In this document: positions 15,418 to 25,473 of the stretch, piece after piece | Position numbering within the stretch: the first letter of the stretch is position 1 | Layout of the letters: each line of letters begins with the position of its first letter | IMG/VR virus record: IMGVR_UViG_3300042526_000402 | Span: 32,001-96,000 of that record | Direction: 5' to 3' (one strand) | DNA length: 64,000 bases | From: a virus | Position numbers and translations under genes: made by a program | Notes under the pieces: generated by a model | Told to the model about the DNA's origin: nothing | Seen by the model: only the letters and a program-made list of their open reading frames with translations | Databases searched by the model: none

Positions 15418-16425
15418 ATGTCAAATTTATTTAATGGAGCAAGACCTTTACTACCTGTTAGTGAAAGGCAGTCAGTAGAAAAAGCTATCTATAAAATTAG
15501 AGCTAGGAGACAGGGTACATTAAAATCCCTAAAGAGTGCTTGGCCTAAATTTAATGATGCTTTCTGTGATGGTCTTGAATGGAGAACAATTACCGTGGTT
15601 GGTGCCAGACCTGGAACAGGTAAAACTTTATTTATGGAACAACTAATTAGCGATATAATTGCTAATAACAGTGATCAATATTTTAGAGTTTTGAAGTTTC
15701 AGATGGAGATGGTAGATGAAACCAGCGGTGTTAGAAAACTAAGTCTGATTACAAGTGCTGATTACAACACATTAATGAGTAAAGACGGCAAACAAGTAGA
15801 TAAGAGAATCTATGATGAATGTGTTAAGTATTACCAAAGTATGCAAGCAACAGACAGAATTAATGTTGTCTATGATGCTTGTACAGTAGATGAGATGTGT
15901 GCTACTATACACTATGAGATGGATAAGTACAAAAATGAAGATGGTACTTATAATAACATGCTTGTTGGTATAGATCACTCAGCTTTATTTAAAGTTGGTA
16001 AAGGACAGAAAGACAAATTTGAAATGCTAGGAAGCTTAGGTGAGGCTCTCACTATGATGAAAAAGAAATATCCTATAGCATTCATTGTCTTGAGTCAGCT
16101 AAACAGAAACATAGATGATCCTAAAAGACAAGAAGAAGGTGTTTATGGAAATTATGTGTTAGATTCTGATATTTATGGGTCTGATGCTTTACTACAACAT
16201 GCGGATGTGGTAATGGGTATTAATAAACCTTCTGTAAGAAAGATTAGGTTGTATGGTCCGGAAAAATTTATTATTGCGGATGAAGACATCTTAGTGTTTC
16301 ATTTCCTTAAATCAAGGAATGGTACCACTAGGATAAGCTTCTTCAGACTTGATAGAACTTTGATGAGGATTATAGAAGTACCAACACCTCCCACCGCAGT
16401 TAAACCAAAAATTTCAACAACATGA
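15418..16425 (+). CDS. dnaB: DnaB-like (SF4) replicative helicase
   Basis: GARPGTGKT, QMEM, GIDH, LSQLNR and KSRNG motifs. Confidence 0.88.
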   Translation: MSNLFNGARPLLPVSERQSVEKAIYKIRARRQGTLKSLKSAWPKFNDAFCDGLEWRTITVVGARPGTGKTLFMEQLISDIIANNSDQYFRVLKFQMEMVDETSGVRKLSLITSADYNTLMSKDGKQVDKRIYDECVKYYQSMQATDRINVVYDACTVDEMCATIHYEMDKYKNEDGTYNNMLVGIDHSALFKVGKGQKDKFEMLGSLGEALTMMKKKYPIAFIVLSQLNRNIDDPKRQEEGVYGNYVLDSDIYGSDALLQHADVVMGINKPSVRKIRLYGPEKFIIADEDILVFHFLKSRNGTTRISFFRLDRTLMRIIEVPTPPTAVKPKISTT

Positions 16426-17117
16426 GTGTAACAACAGTAAGAAAAACAAGAGAGAAAGAATTCTATGTGAATCACATAGAAACTTTTAAGAAAGTAGGTG
16501 AGTCTGATCCTGCATTCTTGATTAAAACTGCCTTTTTTCAAAAAGGTAAGTATGGTAGACAAGTACAATTTTTTGAGTCTGAATTAAATAAGGGTCAAGA
16601 TTTGTATGTAGAGTTTTATGACAATGTAACTGATAACTCTGGTACAGTTGTAGATGTAAAACCATTCTATGAAAACAGACAATTGTTTAGATATAGGTAT
16701 AATCCTTTCTATTCAGAAGAATATGATAAAAAAAGTGGTGTATCTTCTGCAGGATCTGACTATTCATTATTTACAGTTCCATTACAAGAATTATTAGCTG
16801 TTAATCCTGACGGAAGCACACTTAGCTATGGTTTGTTTGAGAAAAGACTTGCTGAGATTGAAGAGAAGAAGAAAAGTTCTGACTTTGATATAGATTTACC
16901 AAGACTACAGAATTCTTTAGTTAACAACAATGATTTTCCTGATTTTACAGAAGAATTGAAACCAAAAACTAATAATTCTGTGTCAGAGATTAAATCTATT
17001 CCTAGCATTCCAGATGTATTATATTCTGAAATGACTATTGCAGATTATGCAGCAATTATATGGAAAAAACCTGTAAGCAACAGACAGTGGTTAAATGAAT
17101 TAATTACAAAACAATGA
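16422..17117 (+). CDS. hypothetical protein
   Basis: 231-aa ORF with ATGA overlaps at both ends. Confidence 0.8.
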   Translation: MSVTTVRKTREKEFYVNHIETFKKVGESDPAFLIKTAFFQKGKYGRQVQFFESELNKGQDLYVEFYDNVTDNSGTVVDVKPFYENRQLFRYRYNPFYSEEYDKKSGVSSAGSDYSLFTVPLQELLAVNPDGSTLSYGLFEKRLAEIEEKKKSSDFDIDLPRLQNSLVNNNDFPDFTEELKPKTNNSVSEIKSIPSIPDVLYSEMTIADYAAIIWKKPVSNRQWLNELITKQ

Positions 17118-17833
17118 GTATAGTACTTCCAACTACAAAGGTAAAGGCTCAGAGAGCTAATCCTAAAAGATTGGTTATCTATTCAAAACCTAAAACAGGT
17201 AAAACTACTTGTTATGCAGGTCTTGAAAATAATCTTATCTTAGATTTAGAACATGGTGCAGATTTTATTGAAGCATTGAAAGTTCCAATTACTAGTTTAC
17301 AAGAGTTATTGGATACTGGTAAAGCAATTAGAGAAGCTAACAAACCTTACAAGTACATTACTATTGATACTGTAACAGCATTAGAAGAAATGATTCATCC
17401 GCTTGCAATAAAATTATACAAACAAACACCAATGGGTAAAAATTTTGATGGAGATACTGTCACTACTTTACCAAATGGTGCAGGATATTTGTATATTCGC
17501 CAAGCTTTTTTCCAAGTGCTGGATTTTGTAGATACCTTAGCTGATCATGTAATCCTATCAGGACACATTAAAGATAAGCAAGTTGATGACAAAGGTGAAA
17601 TGGTTATGGCAGCTAATATAGATTTGACAGGTAAAATCAAATCTTTAGTGTGTGCTAATGCTGATGCAATTGGTTACATGTACAGAAAAGGTTCTAAAAC
17701 TATACTAAGTTTTAAAACTAATGATGAAGTAACTTGTGGTGCAAGACCAGATCACTTGAGAAATCAAGAAATAGTGATTGCTGATTCTAGTGAAGGACAA
17801 TTGAATGTGTCTTGGAATGAAGTATATATTTAA
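17114..17833 (+). CDS. P-loop ATPase (AAA_24/Sak4-like recombinase)
   Basis: YSKPKTGKTT, ILDLE, ITIDTVT; lies upstream of an SSB-like gene. Confidence 0.75.
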   Translation: MSIVLPTTKVKAQRANPKRLVIYSKPKTGKTTCYAGLENNLILDLEHGADFIEALKVPITSLQELLDTGKAIREANKPYKYITIDTVTALEEMIHPLAIKLYKQTPMGKNFDGDTVTTLPNGAGYLYIRQAFFQVLDFVDTLADHVILSGHIKDKQVDDKGEMVMAANIDLTGKIKSLVCANADAIGYMYRKGSKTILSFKTNDEVTCGARPDHLRNQEIVIADSSEGQLNVSWNEVYI

Positions 17834-17869
17834 AAAAATAAGTTTAACAATTAAAAAAGTAAAAAAAAG

Positions 17870-18553
17870 ATGGCTTTAAGTACAACTGATTTAGGAACAG
17901 GCTCCGGGATGCCTAAAACAATTACACCAGGTAATCATGTTTTAAAAATTAATTCTATTACATTAGAAGATTTCTCATTTATTGAAGGTGCATACCACTT
18001 GATGTTAAATGTAGAAACACCACCTATTGCTGATTATGAAGGTTTTATGATTGACAAAGATGATGAAAGCAAGGGTCGTTATGCAGGTCAAATTGGTAGA
18101 GTGAAAGCAAGCCAATATGCATTTGCTGATGGTGAGACTAAAACTGGTGTTAAGATTCAAAGAAATAGATCTATCATGATTTTCTTGAAAAACTTAGCAC
18201 ATACATATGGTGCTGATGAATGGTTTGTAGCACAAGATAACAAGTTTGATACTATTGAAGACTTTGTTAAAAACTTCAGTGAAAATGCTCCAATCAAAGA
18301 CACATATCTTAAATGGTGTGTAGGTGGTAAAGAATATATGGGTAAGACTGGTTATACTAACTATGACATGTATTTACCAAAAAGTGAAGGTAATAAGTAT
18401 GCTTATGGTAATGTTGAAAATGGTAATATTGTTGAGTATAATGAGGCTAAACACCTTAAAAAGCTTGAAGTAGTTGAGAAAAAAGAATTTGGAACACAAG
18501 AAGATGATTTTTCTATTCCAAGTAAGAATGCTGCTGACTTTAGCTTAGATTAA
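17870..18553 (+). CDS. single-stranded DNA-binding protein (putative)
   Basis: Beta-rich N-terminus, acidic tail ending ADFSLD, located between ATPase and primase. Confidence 0.55.
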   Translation: MALSTTDLGTGSGMPKTITPGNHVLKINSITLEDFSFIEGAYHLMLNVETPPIADYEGFMIDKDDESKGRYAGQIGRVKASQYAFADGETKTGVKIQRNRSIMIFLKNLAHTYGADEWFVAQDNKFDTIEDFVKNFSENAPIKDTYLKWCVGGKEYMGKTGYTNYDMYLPKSEGNKYAYGNVENGNIVEYNEAKHLKKLEVVEKKEFGTQEDDFSIPSKNAADFSLD

Positions 18554-18571
18554 AAGTAATTAACTTTTGAG

Positions 18572-18599
18572 AAAGGGGGTCTCAGTGCTCCCTTTTTTA
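18572..18599 (+). terminator. intrinsic terminator
   Basis: AAAGGGGGT-CTCAGT-GCTCCCTTT followed by a T run. Confidence 0.65.
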
Positions 18600-18616
18600 T
18601 TCTAAAATAAATTGTT

Positions 18617-19591
18617 ATGATTTCTACTAAAGCAATTATATATGATTTGAATCAGGTTCCTACAGAATGGCCTTTTGAATTTTATCTTAATCTTCCAGAA
18701 AAACTCACTGGACAAGATGTTAAAATCAAATCAGTATTTTCTGCAGAAAAAACACCTTCATTTTGTATATATTCAGATAAAATGGGTAAATACAGGTTTA
18801 AGGATTTCTCTACTGGTAAATCTGGTGATACAATTGATTTTGTGTTGCACTATTATAATCTAGAGTCTAGAGGTATTGCTGTAAGAAAGATAATGGATGA
18901 TTATTCTGATTATGTTTCAAGAAATGATATAACTCCCAGGGAATATAAACCAGAGAGTAGATATGAAGTTTCTGATTATGAAATCAGACACTGGAATAAT
19001 CTTGATCAAGATTTTTGGTTAAGCTATAAGATAGGTTCTAAAGTATTAGACAAACACAATGTTCAACCACTGAAGTATTTTATACTTAGTAAAAGTGATC
19101 AAGATGGTGCTATAAAAGAGCTCCGGTTTGAAAATAACTATACATATGGTTATTTCAAAAATGATGGTACACTATATAAAATCTATCAACCTAAAAATAA
19201 GGTCAGCAAGTTTATTAAAGTTTCTGATTATATTCAGGGTTCTGAACAAATTACTTTTGAAAGCAAGTATCTAATAATTACAAAATCTTTAAAAGATATC
19301 ATGTCTTTCAAAACTCTTGGGATTGGTAATGTAGAAACAATTGCACCAGATAGTGAGAATTCAATGATTGCAGAAAATATTATGAAGAAGTATATCCAAA
19401 AATATGCTAAGATTATATTAATTTTTGACAATGATGAGCCCGGTATTGAAGCAGCTAAAACTTACAAGAAAAGATATGGTTTTGATTATGTGGTTCTACC
19501 ATTTGAGAAAGATATATCTGATACTGTAAAAGCAAGAGGTATTCAAGAAACAAGAAACATAGTATTCAAATCAATAAAAGCACTATTATGA
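18617..19591 (+). CDS. DNA primase (Toprim)
   Basis: EKTPSF...FKDFSTGKSGD N-domain; ITKSLKDIM and FDNDEPG...KDISD Toprim motifs. Confidence 0.85.
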   Translation: MISTKAIIYDLNQVPTEWPFEFYLNLPEKLTGQDVKIKSVFSAEKTPSFCIYSDKMGKYRFKDFSTGKSGDTIDFVLHYYNLESRGIAVRKIMDDYSDYVSRNDITPREYKPESRYEVSDYEIRHWNNLDQDFWLSYKIGSKVLDKHNVQPLKYFILSKSDQDGAIKELRFENNYTYGYFKNDGTLYKIYQPKNKVSKFIKVSDYIQGSEQITFESKYLIITKSLKDIMSFKTLGIGNVETIAPDSENSMIAENIMKKYIQKYAKIILIFDNDEPGIEAAKTYKKRYGFDYVVLPFEKDISDTVKARGIQETRNIVFKSIKALL

Positions 19592-20028
19592 GTAAACCAA
19601 TAGATTTTTGGACATATAAAGGAAAAGTATTTAAAGAATCTGATATCCCAGAAGGAGCTATTGGCTTTATTTATCTTATGACAGCTATAATAGATGGTAA
19701 GTCTGTTTCTTATATAGGCAAGAAGAATTTTTTTGCTAATATAAAAAGACCGTTAGGTAAGAAAGCTTTGGCTATGAGTACTGATAAGAGACTTAAAAAG
19801 TATACTAGAGTTCTTAGACCAGATTTTCTTAATTATTATAGCTCTAATAAAATACTGAAAGAAGCGCACAAAATGGGTGTAAATATTAAAAGAGAAATTC
19901 TTAGAATATGTTACTCAAGTACTGAGCTTACTTATCAGGAAACAAAACATCACTTTGTACATGAAGTGTTAGAAAAAGAAGAGTTTCTTAATGGAAACAT
20001 CTTAGGTAGATTCTATAAAGTAAAATAG
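19588..20028 (+). CDS. GIY-YIG family endonuclease
   Basis: GFIYLMT...YIGKK, Y.SS, REIL and FLNGNI motifs. Confidence 0.75.
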   Translation: MSKPIDFWTYKGKVFKESDIPEGAIGFIYLMTAIIDGKSVSYIGKKNFFANIKRPLGKKALAMSTDKRLKKYTRVLRPDFLNYYSSNKILKEAHKMGVNIKREILRICYSSTELTYQETKHHFVHEVLEKEEFLNGNILGRFYKVK

Positions 20029-20030
20029 TT

Positions 20031-20123
20031 ATGAAAACACTTAAACGCATTTACAGGTATTTAGCTTTTATTGAAAAGCATGTTAAAAAATGTAGAGAGA
20101 AGTCTCTATTTGGTAAAATGTAA
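20031..20123 (+). CDS. 30-aa basic peptide (not in ORF track)
   Basis: MKTLKRIYRYLAFIEKHVKKCREKSLFGKM fills the gap. Confidence 0.4.
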   Translation: MKTLKRIYRYLAFIEKHVKKCREKSLFGKM

Positions 20124-20134
20124 AAAAAAGACTG

Positions 20135-20539
20135 ATGGAAAAAGTAAAATTTGGAAAAGAAGAATGCAAGAATCTGATTGCAATGATTAATTCTTCTGAT
20201 GAAAGTAATTCAAATTTAGCACATACAATTATTGATTCTTTAGACATTAATGATAACCTATTCTGGATTTTTATGGTTTTTATCTTTTCTGGTAAAGATG
20301 AAACCTATTGGGAAAAAAATAAATTTTATGATGCTTTAAATCTAGAATTAGGATTTAATTTTTCTCTTTGTTTTAAGGATAAACAAAAAGTACTCAATGT
20401 TATAGAATACTTCATAGTATGTCCTGACCACACTGAGTGTATAACTTTTTATTTTGAAATGTATGTAGAAGTTGTAAAAACTAAACTTGAAAAATTTGGT
20501 TTTGAATTTGAAGGAAATCTAAAAATAGTAAAAAAGTAA
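20135..20539 (+). CDS. hypothetical helical protein
   Basis: 134 aa; shares a 44-aa motif with ORF 23134. Confidence 0.75.
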   Translation: MEKVKFGKEECKNLIAMINSSDESNSNLAHTIIDSLDINDNLFWIFMVFIFSGKDETYWEKNKFYDALNLELGFNFSLCFKDKQKVLNVIEYFIVCPDHTECITFYFEMYVEVVKTKLEKFGFEFEGNLKIVKK

Positions 20540-20545
20540 GAGTTT

Positions 20546-21853
20546 ATGAATAAAGTAGATTTACTAAGCAAGGCCAGTAAGGACATAATGCTTAAAGAGC
20601 CCTATTATGGGTATTTTCTAATCCAGCTAAATAAGCATTGGAGAAATGACATTCCTACAGCAGGAGTTAGTAAGAATGGAATAAACTACCAGTTAGCAAT
20701 TAATGAGACTTTCTGGTGTGGATTGACTGATTTAAATAGATTAGGTTTGTTAAAACATGAGCTATTACACATTGCATTTGGACACTTAACAGCATATCAT
20801 AATTTTGCTGATAAGAGAATGGCCAACATTGCAATGGATATGGAAATTAACCAGTATATAGAAAATGACTGGTTACCGGGTGGAGAATATACTACAGAAG
20901 AATTTACACTGTTGAAAGATGCTGTAATGACTGAGTATAAAAAAGCAAAAGATAATAATGCTACACCAGAGGAACTAAAAGAAATTGAATCTAAGATACC
21001 TTGCAGAGGTATAATGATTGATGATTATCATGAGTTGAATCTTGATACAAAGGCAGGTACTAAATACTACTATAAGAAGCTGAAAGAGGCTCAGGAGCAG
21101 AAGGAACAAACTGGTACTTCAGGTTCAGAAGCTATGGATCAATTGCTTGACCAAATGGAACAAGGAATGAGTCCAGGTGATGATCATGGTACATGGGAAG
21201 AGTTTGACGGCATAAGTGAAACAGAACAAAAACTTATGGAAGGTCAAATTCAAAGAATTCTCACCGAAGCTAAAGACCAGACTGAAAAGAAAAGAGGTCA
21301 TGTTCCTGGTGAAATGTCCAGTCTTATTAAAGTAGAAGAATTTGTAAAACCAAAATTTGATTGGAGAGGTTATGTAAGAAGATTTACTGGTACAAGTACA
21401 AAAGTATTTACCAAGAAACTTCAAAGAAAGGAAAACAGAAGATTTCCGGCTTTTCCAGGTCTAAAAATTAAAATGCGTCAGCACATCTTGTTAGCTATTG
21501 ATACTTCAGGTTCAGTAAGTGATTCAGAGCTAAAAGAGTTTATGAATGAGATTCATCACATTTATAAAACAGGTGTTGATATTACTATTATCCAATGTGA
21601 TACAAAAATCAACAGTATTGAGCCCTATAAAGGCAAGAATGATTTGAATGTTGTTGGTAGAGGTGGGACTGAATTTGATCCCGTCCTAGAGTATTATGAT
21701 GCAAACATCAGAAAGTTTACAAGTTTAATATACTTTACTGATGGTGAGTGTTATACAAGTATAAAGCCAAAAGGCAAAATATTGTGGGTATTATCTGAAA
21801 GATCAGATATGAATGATAAATTACCAGGCAAAATTATTAAGTTAGAGTTATAA
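20546..21853 (+). CDS. metallopeptidase-like + vWA domain protein (DUF2201-type)
   Basis: HELLH (HExxH), NIAMDMEINQ; MIDAS DTSGS, GGT and FTDG. Confidence 0.85.
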   Translation: MNKVDLLSKASKDIMLKEPYYGYFLIQLNKHWRNDIPTAGVSKNGINYQLAINETFWCGLTDLNRLGLLKHELLHIAFGHLTAYHNFADKRMANIAMDMEINQYIENDWLPGGEYTTEEFTLLKDAVMTEYKKAKDNNATPEELKEIESKIPCRGIMIDDYHELNLDTKAGTKYYYKKLKEAQEQKEQTGTSGSEAMDQLLDQMEQGMSPGDDHGTWEEFDGISETEQKLMEGQIQRILTEAKDQTEKKRGHVPGEMSSLIKVEEFVKPKFDWRGYVRRFTGTSTKVFTKKLQRKENRRFPAFPGLKIKMRQHILLAIDTSGSVSDSELKEFMNEIHHIYKTGVDITIIQCDTKINSIEPYKGKNDLNVVGRGGTEFDPVLEYYDANIRKFTSLIYFTDGECYTSIKPKGKILWVLSERSDMNDKLPGKIIKLEL

Positions 21854-21872
21854 AAAATTAAAAAAGAAAGTT

Positions 21873-23042
21873 ATGAGTCAAGTTCAATTAAATTTAGATG
21901 AGTTAAAAGATTTTATAAAGTATATGGTTACTAATAACCAACATATACAAGCTAATGGTAAAGTTCCTGTAGCAGTGAATATAGAGGGTGATGCTGGTTT
22001 GGGTAAAACTTCATCAGTAAAACAATTAGCTTCAGAGCTTAACATGGATATGATCAGACTAAACTTAGCAGAGTTTGAGGAATTAGGTGACCTAGTAGGT
22101 TTTCCTGTAAAAGAATTTGAGATTTCAAATGCAGAAGGTAAGACTACCTGGATTAATGAGCATCAGATTGATGCAGCAATGAAGAAAGGTTACAAAGTAA
22201 TCAATAAGAGAATGGCTCATGCTGCTCCTGAATGGATTCAAGGTAGAGGTGAAGGTGGATTCTTAATCTTAGATGACTATACCAGAGCTGACCACAGATT
22301 TATGCAAGCTACCATGACTCTTATTGATGAGCAAGCATATGCTTCTTGGAAATTACCAAAGAACTGGCATATCTTATTGACAACTAATCCAGACAATGGT
22401 GATTATAATGTAACTTCTTTAGATGTTGCTCAGAAGACAAGATTTATCTCTACAGAAGTAAAATTTGATGCTAACATCTGGGCTAAGTGGGCAGAGAAGT
22501 CTAATATTGACAGTAGATGTATTAACTTTTTATTGATGAATCCAGAATTAGTTTCTCAAAGAATTAATCCAAGGATGATTACTACTTTCTTTAACTCTAT
22601 CAGTTCTATTCAAGATTTTTCTAAGAACTTACCAATTATTCAAATGATTGGTGAAGGTTCTGTAGGTCCTGACTTTGCATCTATGTTTACTATGTTTATT
22701 AATAACAAACTAGATAAGATTATTGGTCCTAAAGATATCTTTGAAAAAGATGAGCAGTATGTGTTAAATACACTTAAATCTGCTATAGGAGAAGGTGATG
22801 ACTTCCGAGCTGATTTATCTAGTGTAGTTGCAACAAGAGTTGTTAACTATGGTTTAACATTTGCTGAGAAAAATACCATTACTCAACCAATGATTCAAAG
22901 AATTATAAAACTTACTACTGAATGTGATTCTTTCACTGATGACTTGAGATACTATGTCATCAAAGAGTTAATCAATGGTAACAAGGTTAAATTTGCTTCA
23001 TTGATGATGAATGCTAATGTAGTAAAGATGTCAGTAAAATAA
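21873..23042 (+). CDS. MoxR-like AAA+ ATPase
   Basis: GDAGLGKT, LILDD, TTNP and TRF motifs; adjacent to the vWA gene. Confidence 0.8.
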   Translation: MSQVQLNLDELKDFIKYMVTNNQHIQANGKVPVAVNIEGDAGLGKTSSVKQLASELNMDMIRLNLAEFEELGDLVGFPVKEFEISNAEGKTTWINEHQIDAAMKKGYKVINKRMAHAAPEWIQGRGEGGFLILDDYTRADHRFMQATMTLIDEQAYASWKLPKNWHILLTTNPDNGDYNVTSLDVAQKTRFISTEVKFDANIWAKWAEKSNIDSRCINFLLMNPELVSQRINPRMITTFFNSISSIQDFSKNLPIIQMIGEGSVGPDFASMFTMFINNKLDKIIGPKDIFEKDEQYVLNTLKSAIGEGDDFRADLSSVVATRVVNYGLTFAEKNTITQPMIQRIIKLTTECDSFTDDLRYYVIKELINGNKVKFASLMMNANVVKMSVK

Positions 23043-23092
23043 ACAGGACTAACCAGTTCCCTGTAAACACAAGTAACTTAATTATTAACTAT

Positions 23093-23122
23093 GATAGGGG
23101 TGGATTACATCCCTATCTTTTT
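23093..23122 (+). terminator. intrinsic terminator
   Basis: GATAGGGGTG-GATTA-CATCCCTATC followed by TTTTT. Confidence 0.65.
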
Positions 23123-23133
23123 ATGTTTAAAAA

Positions 23134-24474
23134 ATGAAAGCAAATATTTATATAGAATTAGATAATCGTGGTGGTTTAACCACTAAACTTAAACACTTTG
23201 TCAATAGTGCAAAACCATTGTTTAATATTCAAGATATAGATTTTCAACCAAAGAAAGGTGATAAAATATATATTTTACCAGGTGTTAACATTCCTAGAGT
23301 AAAAGTAAAACAGTTTAATGAAGAAAATGGTACTAAGACTATTAGAGATTTAATAACTGCAGATTATATCTTTGGTTCTGATAGAACACAAAATGAGTAT
23401 TTTGATGCAAAAGGTAATCATTGGATTTACAAAATGCCTGTAGCTGATATGGAACAGTTAATGGCTTATTTTACAAGTGAATTAGAATGTGATCCAACTG
23501 ATGTAGCAGATTTAAGAGACATAATTGAAGCTCACAAAACAGTTGAAGAAAATTTAGAAATTTACTACAACTATACAACCATGAATAATTTAAGAGATGT
23601 CAAAAATAGGCGTAATCTTAAAATTCATGAAAACTATGATGACTCAAATACTTATCATATGATTGATCTTGAGTTTCTTGAAGAAGTTGAAATGTTAGAA
23701 ACTTTAACAATTTATAATGTTAATGCTCTGATAAATGCAGTTAATTCTAAGAATGTGACAATTGATTATGAGATGTTTGGTCAGTTAAAAAACATGTTTG
23801 AAAGTAATGACAATGATAATCATGTCTTAGCAATGGAAATTATGGCTAACTCAAATATTATTGAAAGTTTACTTTTTATTGAAATGCTGTTTAAAGAACA
23901 TAGTTATCAGATGTATAACAGTCACACAAGAAACCATGTAAACTTTAAAAGTTTATGTAACACAATTGCTAAAGATAAATATAGATTCAACACAGAGATT
24001 GATGATATAGTTAAATCTTTGAGAACATTTAATGTACTTACAGCTGATAAACTAGATATTTTAATGAAGCATTATCATGAAGAAATCATGAGAAATGGTG
24101 ATTCTACATTTTTTAAAGTTAAGACTATTACTGTTGCAGATAATGTGCATGAGATTCTAAATCAGAACTATACATATACTGTTAAAGATGATTATCAACC
24201 TGTAGCTCAAGATGAAGAAGAAGTTGTTGTAGAAGAAGAAGTTTTAGAAGAAGAACTTGTTGAAGCTGTAAACACTGAAAGTTTAAACATAGAAAGTGTA
24301 GAAGAAGAACCATCTTTTGAATTAGCAGATGTAAATGTAATTGAAGAACCAGTTACTGAAACAGTTGAAGAAGTGATAGAAGAACCTCAAGATGTTATTG
24401 AGACTATTCAAGAAGAAGTTATTGTTGAACCTAATAAAGAAGAAGAAGATGAGTCAAGCATTGATTGGTTCTAA
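23134..24474 (+). CDS. hypothetical protein with BRCT-like N-terminal segment and long Glu-rich tail
   Basis: KIYILPGVNIPRVKVK...TIRDLITADYIF; about 90-aa acidic C-terminus. Confidence 0.7.
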   Translation: MKANIYIELDNRGGLTTKLKHFVNSAKPLFNIQDIDFQPKKGDKIYILPGVNIPRVKVKQFNEENGTKTIRDLITADYIFGSDRTQNEYFDAKGNHWIYKMPVADMEQLMAYFTSELECDPTDVADLRDIIEAHKTVEENLEIYYNYTTMNNLRDVKNRRNLKIHENYDDSNTYHMIDLEFLEEVEMLETLTIYNVNALINAVNSKNVTIDYEMFGQLKNMFESNDNDNHVLAMEIMANSNIIESLLFIEMLFKEHSYQMYNSHTRNHVNFKSLCNTIAKDKYRFNTEIDDIVKSLRTFNVLTADKLDILMKHYHEEIMRNGDSTFFKVKTITVADNVHEILNQNYTYTVKDDYQPVAQDEEEVVVEEEVLEEELVEAVNTESLNIESVEEEPSFELADVNVIEEPVTETVEEVIEEPQDVIETIQEEVIVEPNKEEEDESSIDWF

Positions 24475-25468
24475 TGAAGAGTTAGAACAGTTCTATAAGA
24501 AGAAGTTTTACTTCAGTTATAGTGGAATTAACAAGTTGTTATATTCTCCGGTGATATTTTATAACCATTATGTTCTTAATCAAAGAGAGGACTCTACAGA
24601 CGCGCACCTAGTTGCAGGGCGCGTTCTGCATTGTCTACTATTTGAAGAAGAAAAGTTTGATGAAAACTTTTTAGAACTACCTGGCAAAATGCCTACAGAT
24701 AGCCAAAGAAAAATTATTTATGATGTGTTCAAAATACATTTGTCAATAAGTAATAATTCACTATCTTTGGAAGACTACTCCCAAGACATTCTCACATTAC
24801 TTCTCACAGCTAATCTCTACCAAACTCTCAAAACAGATCAGCAAAGACTTGACAAGATTCTTACAGAAGAAAACAAGACTTATTTTGAATTCTTGAAAAA
24901 CAGCATTGGCAAAACTGTTGTGGATCAAGAAACTCTGAGTGGCTGCAGAGTTCAGATTGAAATTCTAAGAAGCAATAAAGATGTTAGAGCTTTATTACAA
25001 TTAGATAGAAAACCTGAAGATAATCATCTTGTTGTAGAAAGTGAGTTGCATTTAGAGTATAACAACCCTAAATTAAGCTTTGGTCTTCATGGAGTTCTTG
25101 ATCATGTAGTTGTAGATTCTGAATCTAAGACTATATTCATCAATGATCTCAAGACAACATCAAAAGCAATTCAAGATTTTCCAGAGACCGTAGAATACTA
25201 TAAATATTGGATGCAAGCCGTTATTTATACTATTCTTGCAAACAACAGATACCTTGCTAACAGAGAAGATAAGTTTGATTGGAAGTTTCAAGTAACATTT
25301 ATTGTTATTGACAAGTATAATCTAGTGTATCCATTTCAAGTTAGTCAGGAAACCTTAGAGAAATGGAAGGAGTCTTTTAATGAAATAGTAAAAACTGTTA
25401 AGTGGCACTATGAAAATAGAAGATATGACCTACCATACTCATTAGTTGTAAATAATGTAAAATTGTAA
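24449..25468 (+). CDS. PD-(D/E)XK exonuclease (RecB/Cas4-like)
   Basis: FSYSGI, GRVLHC, GVLDHV, INDLKT and QAVIY motifs. Confidence 0.8.
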   Translation: MSQALIGSNEELEQFYKKKFYFSYSGINKLLYSPVIFYNHYVLNQREDSTDAHLVAGRVLHCLLFEEEKFDENFLELPGKMPTDSQRKIIYDVFKIHLSISNNSLSLEDYSQDILTLLLTANLYQTLKTDQQRLDKILTEENKTYFEFLKNSIGKTVVDQETLSGCRVQIEILRSNKDVRALLQLDRKPEDNHLVVESELHLEYNNPKLSFGLHGVLDHVVVDSESKTIFINDLKTTSKAIQDFPETVEYYKYWMQAVIYTILANNRYLANREDKFDWKFQVTFIVIDKYNLVYPFQVSQETLEKWKESFNEIVKTVKWHYENRRYDLPYSLVVNNVKL

Positions 25469-25473
25469 GAATT

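Noticed and set aside
19588-20028. GIY-YIG gene as a mobile homing endonuclease
   Set aside because: Short single-domain protein with no DNA-binding tail or intron context, translationally coupled to primase
24210-24474. GAA-rich stretches here and at about 29320-29740 as tandem repeats or a DGR target
   Set aside because: Explained by Glu/Val-rich disordered tails; no reverse transcriptase or template/variable repeat pair seen
24449-25468. CRISPR Cas4 call for the PD-(D/E)XK nuclease
   Set aside because: No four-cysteine Fe-S motif and no cas context; better read as a recombination exonuclease
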